This document shows, piece after piece, positions 57,428-64,000 of a stretch of DNA of 64,000 nt. Both the position numbers and the translations under genes were made by a program. The number at the start of each line of letters is the position of its first letter. Position 1 is the first letter of the stretch. The notes beneath the pieces are model-generated. The model had not been told where the DNA came from, ran no database searches, and worked only from the letters and a program-made list of their open reading frames with translations. The stretch comes from an uncultured Bifidobacteriaceae bacterium (GTDB lineage Bacteria; Actinomycetota; Acidimicrobiia; IMCC26256; PALSA-555): positions 107,409-171,408 of the forward strand of contig CAZCUD010000007.1 of NCBI GenBank assembly GCA_964501785.1. The letters run 5' to 3'.

Positions 57428-57457
57428 GATGGGCGAGCGCGCCCGCCGATGGGCGAG
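57428..57457. promoter_or_regulatory. 10-bp direct repeat pair (GATGGGCGAG, 20 bp centre to centre) in the divergent promoter region
   Basis: Exact copies at 57428..57437 and 57448..57457, between the cNMP-binding gene and the REC-HTH-cyclase gene. Confidence 0.3.
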
Positions 57458-57499
57458 GCTGGCAGCATCGGGGACCGCGGACCGCACGAGGGAGCAGCG

Positions 57500-58858
57500 A
57501 TGGACGACGAGGCGCCGGAGGGCCGCGGCATCACGGTCTTCCTCGCGGACGACAACGTGATCGTCCGCGAAGGGGTCCGCGCGCTGCTGGCGCTCGAGGA
57601 CGACCTCGAGGTCGTCGGGGTCGCGGGCGACTACGACGAGCTGGTCGCCGGGGCCGAGGCGGCGGCGCCGCAGGTGATCGTCACCGACATCCGGATGCCG
57701 CCGAGCTTCCAGTCCGAGGGCATCGACGCGGCGAAGCAGGTGCGGAAGCGACACCCGGGGACGGGCGTCGTCGTGCTGTCGCAGTTCGACGATCCCGAGT
57801 ACGCCCTGGCCCTGCTCGCCGACGGTGCCGAGGGCTACGCCTACCTCCTCAAGGACCGCGTCGCCGAAGGCGACCAGCTCGCGCGCGCGGTCCGCGAGGT
57901 CGCCACCGGCGGCTCCGTGCTCGACCCGAAGATCGTCGAGTCGCTCGTCGCGCCGGTGACGGCCGACGGCGGGCTGACCGCCGACGAGGAGGAGCTGCTC
58001 CAGCAGGTCGCCGAGGGCAGGCCGATCAAGGTGATCGCCGTCGCGCGCCAGACCACGCCGGCCGCGGTCAACGACGACGTCGAACGGCTCTTCCTCAAGC
58101 TTTCGCACGGCGCGAGCGCGGGCACCGCAGGCTCGCTGAAGCGTCTGCGGATGCTGCACCAGGCGATCGTCGACCGCGAGGAGCAGGGTGAGACGCTGAG
58201 CCGCCTGCTGCCAGGCGGCGTCGCCGACATCATCCGGGACGAGGGCCTCGAGATCGGAGATACCCGTGACCTCGACGTGACCGTCCTCATGGCCGACATC
58301 CGGGGCTACTCCGCGATCTCCGAGCACGCCGACCCGAGCGCGCTGGCGCGCCAGCTCAACGAGCACCGCGCCGCGATGAACCGGGCGATCATCGACGCGG
58401 GCGGCACGGTGATGCAGTTCATCGGCGACGCGGTGATGGCGTCGTTCGGCGCGCCCGTCCCGGAGCCCCACCACGCCGATCGGGCGTACCGGGCCGCGCT
58501 CGCGATGCTCGAGCTCCAGGCCGGCGTCAACGAGCGCTGGCGCGCGGCGGGCCTGCCGGAGTTCGGTCTCGGGATCGGGCTCTCGACCGGCCCGGTCGCG
58601 GCCGCGCTGCTCGGGTCCGAGGAACGACTCGAGTACACGCTCATCGGCGACACGGTGAACCTCGCGCAGCGGCTCCAGGACCTCGCGCGTCCGGCGGGCC
58701 GCATCGTGCTCAGCGGCGCGACCCTCGACGCGCTGAGCGAACCCCCGTCCGACGCCACCCTGCTCGACGACCTCCACGTGAAGGGCCGCGAGGGCGCGGT
58801 GCGGGCGTACTGGATCGAGGTGCCGGGCGCGGGGCCTGCCGAGGGCGCCGGGGCATGA
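57500..58858 (+). CDS. Response regulator: REC + LuxR-type HTH + class III adenylate/guanylate cyclase
   Basis: REC domain: ITVFLADDNVIVREG...VIVTDIRMPP...VVVLSQ. HTH: LTADEEELLQQVAEGRPIKVIAVARQTTPAAVNDDVERLFLKL. Cyclase: VTVLMADIRGYSAISE...FIGDAVMASFG...LIGDTVNLAQRLQD. ATG 57500 behind gagggag. Confidence 0.85.
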   Translation: MDDEAPEGRGITVFLADDNVIVREGVRALLALEDDLEVVGVAGDYDELVAGAEAAAPQVIVTDIRMPPSFQSEGIDAAKQVRKRHPGTGVVVLSQFDDPEYALALLADGAEGYAYLLKDRVAEGDQLARAVREVATGGSVLDPKIVESLVAPVTADGGLTADEEELLQQVAEGRPIKVIAVARQTTPAAVNDDVERLFLKLSHGASAGTAGSLKRLRMLHQAIVDREEQGETLSRLLPGGVADIIRDEGLEIGDTRDLDVTVLMADIRGYSAISEHADPSALARQLNEHRAAMNRAIIDAGGTVMQFIGDAVMASFGAPVPEPHHADRAYRAALAMLELQAGVNERWRAAGLPEFGLGIGLSTGPVAAALLGSEERLEYTLIGDTVNLAQRLQDLARPAGRIVLSGATLDALSEPPSDATLLDDLHVKGREGAVRAYWIEVPGAGPAEGAGA

Positions 58859-59577
58859 CCGACGAGTCGAGCGATGCCGTCGTCCTGACTCGCGGCCTCC
58901 GCAAGTCGTTCGAGTCCGAGGGCATGCCGGTGCGAGCGCTTCGCGGCGTCGACCTCGAGATCCGACCCGGTGAGTTCGTCGCGGTGATGGGACCGTCGGG
59001 TTGCGGCAAGTCGACGCTGCTCAACCTCGTCGCCGGGCTCGACACTCCGACCGACGGCGAGATCGCGGTCGCCGGCGAATCGCTCGTCGGGAAGACCGAG
59101 GACGAGCTGGCCGTCATGCGCCGCCGCCACATCGGCATCGTCTTCCAGTTCTTCAACCTCCTCGAAGGAATGAGCGTCCTCGAGAACGTGACCCTGCCCG
59201 CAGTCATCGCCGGGGCTCCACGACGACGCGCCGAGCTGCGGGCGCGCGAGCTCCTCGACCTCCTGGGCCTTGCCGACAAGGCGCCCGACGCTCCGGGTGT
59301 GCTCTCCGGCGGCCAGCGCCAGCGGCTCGCGATCGCGAGGGCGCTCGCGAACGAGCCCACGATCGTCCTCGCCGATGAGCCCACCGGTGCGCTCGACTCC
59401 GAGGGCGGTCGCGAGGTGCTCGCGCTGTTCCGACGCCTCCACGCCGGAGGACTGACGATCCTCATGGTGACGCACGACGAGAGCGTCGCTGCCGCGAGCG
59501 ATCGCGTGGTGCACATGCGCGACGGTCGGGTCGTCGGCGACACCGTGACCGCCGCGACGAGCGCGGTTCGGCCGTAG
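58855..59577 (+). CDS. ABC transporter ATP-binding protein (MacB/LolD-like)
   Basis: Walker A GPSGCGKST, signature LSGGQRQRLAIARAL, Walker B IVLADEPTGALD. The ATG overlaps the upstream stop (ATGA). Confidence 0.93.
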   Translation: MTDESSDAVVLTRGLRKSFESEGMPVRALRGVDLEIRPGEFVAVMGPSGCGKSTLLNLVAGLDTPTDGEIAVAGESLVGKTEDELAVMRRRHIGIVFQFFNLLEGMSVLENVTLPAVIAGAPRRRAELRARELLDLLGLADKAPDAPGVLSGGQRQRLAIARALANEPTIVLADEPTGALDSEGGREVLALFRRLHAGGLTILMVTHDESVAAASDRVVHMRDGRVVGDTVTAATSAVRP

Positions 59578-59609
59578 CGAGCCGTGCCGATCATCGAGAG
59601 CGAGCTCGC

Positions 59610-62057
59610 GTGCGTGCGCTGCTGAGCCGACTCCGCAGCGAGCTGCGCTCGGGGTGGCGCGGCCCGGTGGTGCTCGGGCTCGTCGCGGGCGTGGCGGCGG
59701 GCGCGGTGCTCGCGGCCGCCGCGGGGGCACGTCGCACCGACTCCGCCTACGCGCGCATGCTCGAGGCGACGGACGCGGTCGACTTCACCGTGCGCCTCGC
59801 GGGAGCGAGCACGTCGCCGATCTCGGCCGCCGAGGTCGCCCGGCTCCCCGGGGTCGCGGAGGTGGGGCAGGTCGAGCGGTACTACCTGACCACGCCCGGT
59901 CCGCGCGACACGCTCGGATCGAGGCCCGCGGTCTTCGCCAGCGCGTCCGACGGTCGGGCGTACCGCGACCTCGGGCGCCCGATCGTGCTGGAAGGCCGGA
60001 TGCCCGCGCCCGACCGTCCCGAGGAGGTGCTCGTCAGCCGCATCCTCGCCGACGAGGGCGGGTTCGACGTCGGCGATCCTGCACCGCTGCTGATCGTCGT
60101 CACCGACCCGGCGGCACCCGACGGGTTGCGCACCGACCGCATCGACCTCCGCGTCGTCGGCGTCGGGGTGACGCCGGACCAGATCGGTGTCGACGAGCGG
60201 CGCCAGGGCGGGCTGCAGATGCTGCTGACCCCGGCGTTCGGTCGCACCCACGCGGGGAAGGCGGTCGAGTCGAGCGTGCAGGTGCGACTCCGTGACGGCG
60301 CCGACGCCGACGCGTTCGTGCGCGCCGCTCGCGAGCTGGGTGACGGGCGCGCGGTCGACGTTGCGAGCACCCGCGCCGACGCCGCTCGGGTCGATCGCGT
60401 GACCCGGCCGGAGGTCGTCGCGCTCGTCGCGTTCGCGATCGTGCTCGCGGTCGCGAGCCTGCTGATCATCGGTCAGGCGCTGGCCCGTCAGCTGTTCCTC
60501 GCGGCGTCCGACGACCGGACGCTCGCTGCGCTCGGGCTGGGCCGGACGCAGCGATTCGGTCTCGGGCTCCTCCGAGCCCTGCCGACCGCGATCGTCGCCG
60601 CGCTCGTCGCCGGCGCGGTCGCGATCGCGGCCTCGCCGCTCATGCCCATCGGGCCGGCGCGGCCCGCGGAGCCCGAGCGCGGCGTCGCCGTCGACCCGCT
60701 GGTGCTGGGAGTCGGCTCGGTCGTCGTCGCAGTGCTCGTGCTGCTCATGGCCGTCGTCCCCTCGTGGCGCCTCGCTCGCCGTCGGTTCGTCGACGAGGCG
60801 GTCGTCGAGCACGAGGTCCGGCCGCGCCTCGCGGAGCGTCTCGCGCGGCTGGGCGCTCCGCCGACGGTCATCGCCGGCGCGCGCTTCGCGCTCGAGCCGG
60901 GTCGGGGGTCGACCGCGGTGCCCACGCGATCGATCCTCGTCGGCATGGCCGCGGCCGGCACTGCGCTCGTCACCGCCCTGGTCGTCGCCGCGAACCTGCA
61001 GCACGTCGTGGACACCCCGGCCCAATGGGGCGCGACGTGGGACGTCACGGTGCGCGTGGCGGCGGACGAGCGCGAGCTCGAGGCGCTCGAGGGCGACTTC
61101 GACATCGAGACGCTGCTGCTCGCGAAGACGACCTTCGTCGAGCAGGAGCTCGATGCCGCCCGCGTCGTGGAGACGTGGTCGATCGCCGCACCGAACGTCG
61201 TCGACATCGGTGGGCGCGCGGTGCCGACCCTCGGGATCGATCGGTCGGGCGGGGTGGACCTCGAGGTCGTCGCCGGCCGACTGCCCCGAGGCCCGAACGA
61301 GGCCGCCGTCGGGCGCGAGACCCTCGACGCCCTCGGCCTCGACATCGGCGACCGGGCTGCGGCCGTGGGCCGCGACGTGCTGATCGTCGGGGAGTCCGTC
61401 CTGCCCCGCTTCCAGACCCTCGGTGGTGCGGACGAGGCGGCGCTCAACCGCGGTGCCGTCCTCACGATGGAGGGAGCGCTCGCCCGCAGCCCCGACTTCC
61501 ACAGCCGCGCCTTCCTCGTCCGCCTGCGCCCCGGCGTCCCGGTCGACGTGGGCGCGCGCGCCCTGCGCGACTCGATCCAGGAGTCGTTCGCGTTCGCGAT
61601 CGAGCCGGTGGAGGCGCCCGAGGACATCGAAGCGCTGCGCCGTGTCACCGACACCCCCGTGATCCTGGCCGCGGTGCTCGGCGCGCTGGCGCTCGCGACC
61701 CTGGCTCATGCGCTGATCACGTCCGTGCGTCGCCGTCAGCGCGACCTCGCGGTCCTGGTGGCGCTCGGGTTCACCCGACGCGAGCTCCGGGCCCAGGTCG
61801 GGGCGACCGTCGCCTGGCAGGCGGTCGTCGTCACCGGCTTCGCGCTCGTGGTGGCGCTGCCACTGGGCATCCTGCTCGGGCGCCTCCTGTCGCACCTGTT
61901 CGAGACCGAGATCGGTGCGATCCCCGAGGTCGTCGTCCCCGTGGCGCCCCTCGCCGCGCTCGTGCCCGTGGCGCTGGTCGCGGCGGCACTGATCGCGTTC
62001 GTCCCCGGGCGCCTGGCCGCACGCACGAGCCCCGCCCGGGCCCTGCGAACGGAGTAG
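59610..62057 (+). CDS. ABC transporter permease, FtsX-like (two FtsX modules, large extracytoplasmic domains)
   Basis: 815 aa. N-terminal TM, then a large soluble segment and a TM cluster, repeated. The C-terminal part RRQRDLAVLVALGFTRRELRAQV...LVPVALVAAALIAFVPGRLAART is the typical FtsX end. Confidence 0.85.
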   Translation: MRALLSRLRSELRSGWRGPVVLGLVAGVAAGAVLAAAAGARRTDSAYARMLEATDAVDFTVRLAGASTSPISAAEVARLPGVAEVGQVERYYLTTPGPRDTLGSRPAVFASASDGRAYRDLGRPIVLEGRMPAPDRPEEVLVSRILADEGGFDVGDPAPLLIVVTDPAAPDGLRTDRIDLRVVGVGVTPDQIGVDERRQGGLQMLLTPAFGRTHAGKAVESSVQVRLRDGADADAFVRAARELGDGRAVDVASTRADAARVDRVTRPEVVALVAFAIVLAVASLLIIGQALARQLFLAASDDRTLAALGLGRTQRFGLGLLRALPTAIVAALVAGAVAIAASPLMPIGPARPAEPERGVAVDPLVLGVGSVVVAVLVLLMAVVPSWRLARRRFVDEAVVEHEVRPRLAERLARLGAPPTVIAGARFALEPGRGSTAVPTRSILVGMAAAGTALVTALVVAANLQHVVDTPAQWGATWDVTVRVAADERELEALEGDFDIETLLLAKTTFVEQELDAARVVETWSIAAPNVVDIGGRAVPTLGIDRSGGVDLEVVAGRLPRGPNEAAVGRETLDALGLDIGDRAAAVGRDVLIVGESVLPRFQTLGGADEAALNRGAVLTMEGALARSPDFHSRAFLVRLRPGVPVDVGARALRDSIQESFAFAIEPVEAPEDIEALRRVTDTPVILAAVLGALALATLAHALITSVRRRQRDLAVLVALGFTRRELRAQVGATVAWQAVVVTGFALVVALPLGILLGRLLSHLFETEIGAIPEVVVPVAPLAALVPVALVAAALIAFVPGRLAARTSPARALRTE

Positions 62058-62067
62058 AGAGGCCGAG

Positions 62068-64000
62068 ATGTCGACGACCGTGCCGCCCGAGCCGCTCGAG
62101 ATCACGGGCATCCGCGACGACGCCGCCGTGCGCGCGCCGCTCGGGTGGAGGGCCTGGGCGGTGATCGTGCTGGGGCTCGTCGTCGCCGCCGGTGGCGTCG
62201 TCGTGGCGTCGCTCGACACCGCGAGCCGGGTGGGGCCCGGGCAGGTGCTCTCGGCCGCGCTGGTCGTGGTCTGGGCACTGTGCGCGGTCGTCGTCGCGCG
62301 GCGGCCCCGCGACGACCTGCTCGGTGCGGTGATGCTGAAGGTGGCGTTCGTGGGGCTCCTCGCGGTGCTCGGTGCCGTGCTGACGGGACGGAGCGGCTCG
62401 GCCGACCTCGCGGCGGCCGTGCGCGCGCTCGGGGTGGGACTCCTGCCCGCCGCGGGGCTCACGCTCGTGCTCTCGCTGCCCGACGGTCGCCTGCGCACGC
62501 GGGGAGCGCGGATCGTCGCCGGGCTCGCCTACGGCGTCTCGGCGCTGCTCGCGGTGCACCTCTTCGTCGAGCGGCCGGAGCTCCCGACCGCTGCGCTGAT
62601 CGGCGTCGTCGCCGCGGACGTGCTCGTCGGCGTCGTCGCGTTCGTCGCGAGCGCCCGCCGCGCGCCGCTCACCGCCCGCCCGCGTTTCCAGTGGTTCGCC
62701 TGGGGCGTCCTCGTGGCCGCCGCGATCGCCGCGCTGGCCGCGATCCTCGACGCGATCGTCGACTGGCCGGAGCCGGTCCTGGCGATCGCGGTCGGCGCGA
62801 CCGTGCTCGTCCCGGTCGCGCTCGCGCTCGGCACGTCGGAGGCCGCGGTGCGCATCGATCGCCTCCTCGTGCACACGATCGTGCTCGGCGGTCTCGTCGG
62901 CCTCGTCGGCGCGTCGTACCTGCTGATCGTGCTCGGGCTCGGGCGCACCCCTTCGGCGGACGAGCGCTCGGTGATCGGGCTCTCCATGCTGGCGGCGGCA
63001 CTCGCGGCGCTCCTCTGGGTCCCGGCGCGCCGACGGCTGCTCGAGCTCGCGACCCGAAGGGTCTACGGGGAGCAGCACTCGCCCGAGGAGGTGATCCGCA
63101 CGTTCGGGTCGCGGCTCGCCCGGGCCCTTCCCTTCGACGAGCTGCTGCTCCAGCTCGCCGAGTCGATGAAGCAGGCGCTGTCGCTCGACCATGCCGAGGT
63201 GTGGACGAAGAGCCCCCGGGGACGACTCGAGCGCACGGTCTCGGTCCCCGACCGAGGCGTGGCGACGCTGGAGCTCGGCCGCGACGAGGAGCCGATCGTC
63301 GCCCGGGCGGGGGTGTCGGGCCCGGCGTGGATCAAGGTGTGGATGCCGGCGCTGGTCACCGGCGAGGGTGCCGACGAGAACCTTCGTGTCGCGCCGGCGA
63401 CCAACTCGGGCGAGCTGCTCGGCCTGCTGGTCGTGCGACGCTTCGACGGGGCGACTCCGTTCGACGAGCGTGACGACGCCGCGCTCACGGAGCTCGCGCG
63501 TCAGGTCGGGCTCGCGCTGCACAACGCGAAGCTCGACTCCGCGCTGCAGGAGTCGCTCGACGAGGTGCAGCGCCAGGCCGACGAGCTGCGAGCGTCCCGG
63601 GCCCGCATCGTCGAAGCCGGCGACGCCCAGCGGCGCGCGATCGAGCGCGACCTCCACGACGGCGCGCAGCAGCACCTCGTGGCGCTCGCGGTCAGCGTGC
63701 GCCTCGCTCGTCAGCTCGCCGAGAAGGACCCCGAGGCCGCGCAGGGGATGCTCGACCAGATCGGCTCCGACCTCCAGGAAGCGGTGCAGGAGCTGCGCAA
63801 CCTCGCGCACGGCATCTATCCGCCGCTCCTCGCCGATCGCGGCCTGCCCGACGCGCTGAGCGCGGCGGCCGGTCGGGCGGCGCTCCCGACCGACGTCGTC
63901 GCCGACGGGATCGGCCGCTACGACCAGGCGATCGAGGCCGCGGTGTACTTCTGCTGCCTCGAGGCGCTCCAGAACGCGGGCAAGCACGCCGGCGAAGGCG
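62068..64000 (+). CDS. Sensor histidine kinase, HisKA_3 (NarX/DesK-type), with multi-TM N-terminus and GAF-like domain; 3' end outside window
   Basis: Absent from the ORF track because there is no stop in the window. Hand translation from ATG 62068 (RBS gagagg) gives MSTTVPPEPLEI..., about 8 TM helices, a GAF-like segment (LLGLLVVRRFDGATPFDERDDAALTELARQVGLALHNAKL), the H-box RRAIERDLHDGAQQHLVAL, and then YFCCLEALQNAGKHA (N-box). Confidence 0.85.
   Translation, partial: MSTTVPPEPLEITGIRDDAAVRAPLGWRAWAVIVLGLVVAAGGVVVASLDTASRVGPGQVLSAALVVVWALCAVVVARRPRDDLLGAVMLKVAFVGLLAVLGAVLTGRSGSADLAAAVRALGVGLLPAAGLTLVLSLPDGRLRTRGARIVAGLAYGVSALLAVHLFVERPELPTAALIGVVAADVLVGVVAFVASARRAPLTARPRFQWFAWGVLVAAAIAALAAILDAIVDWPEPVLAIAVGATVLVPVALALGTSEAAVRIDRLLVHTIVLGGLVGLVGASYLLIVLGLGRTPSADERSVIGLSMLAAALAALLWVPARRRLLELATRRVYGEQHSPEEVIRTFGSRLARALPFDELLLQLAESMKQALSLDHAEVWTKSPRGRLERTVSVPDRGVATLELGRDEEPIVARAGVSGPAWIKVWMPALVTGEGADENLRVAPATNSGELLGLLVVRRFDGATPFDERDDAALTELARQVGLALHNAKLDSALQESLDEVQRQADELRASRARIVEAGDAQRRAIERDLHDGAQQHLVALAVSVRLARQLAEKDPEAAQGMLDQIGSDLQEAVQELRNLAHGIYPPLLADRGLPDALSAAAGRAALPTDVVADGIGRYDQAIEAAVYFCCLEALQNAGKHAGEG

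Noticed and set aside
58710-62498. A 1262-aa minus-strand ORF, the longest in the track.
   Set aside because: It is antisense to the ABC ATPase, FtsX permease and kinase genes, which carry unambiguous Walker/signature, FtsX and H-box motifs on the plus strand. Its translation is Arg/Ser/Pro/Ala/Thr low-complexity sequence. Stop-free antisense frames like this are typical of very GC-rich DNA.

Overview
By eye this is a very GC-rich segment (well above 65% G+C, third codon positions almost always G/C; not computed). The gene content looks like core Actinomycetota chromosome: a mycothiol amidase, an F420-type LLM oxidoreductase, and imuA'-imuB-dnaE2 with actinobacterial-type LexA boxes. I support about 60 tightly packed protein genes on both strands, many with 4-nt ATGA/GTGA/TGATG start-stop overlaps. 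I found no rRNA, tRNA, CRISPR array, transposase, integrase or prophage genes.

Gene blocks from left to right:
(1) Iron(III)-type ABC transporter: permease and binding protein on the minus strand, ATPase divergent.
(2) Glycan-assembly locus, 3.2-10.3 kb: GT-C-like membrane protein, two GT2 enzymes, a Gfo/Idh/MocA oxidoreductase, an alkaline-phosphatase-fold protein and a Wzx-like flippase.
(3) SOS mutasome: imuA'-imuB followed by two extra coupled genes, with dnaE2 2.8 kb further on. Both units carry CGAAC-N4-GTTCG boxes.
(4) Secreted beta-helix protein.
(5) Cation-homeostasis island: MgtE-like duplicated permease, PhoU/TrkA_C protein, P-type ATPase, VIT1 and CorA.
(6) Mixed metabolism: acyl-CoA dehydrogenase, thiolase, Mca, GNATs, SDRs, CoA-transferase and ETF alpha/beta.
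(7) A Cas4-like PD-(D/E)XK nuclease, xthA, and a degenerate RadC/JAB gene next to a third SOS box.
(8) Signalling operon: REC-HTH-cyclase response regulator, MacB-like ABC transporter and HisKA_3 kinase, divergent from a cNMP-binding protein.

Observations most worth following up:
- An identical naked C-terminal octapeptide, VIEPTFTG-stop, sits on two unrelated signal-peptide proteins 29 kb apart. It is encoded with different synonymous codons. It may be a new sorting or processing tag.
- A response regulator with both a LuxR-type HTH and a class III cyclase output is translationally coupled to an ABC transporter and kinase, opposite a cNMP receptor whose N-terminal domain is unknown.
- A 41-bp near-perfect palindrome with an identical stem occurs twice, each time between convergent genes.
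- A third LexA-type box lies in front of a catalytically degenerate RadC-like gene.

All functional calls come from motif recognition by eye; no database search was run.
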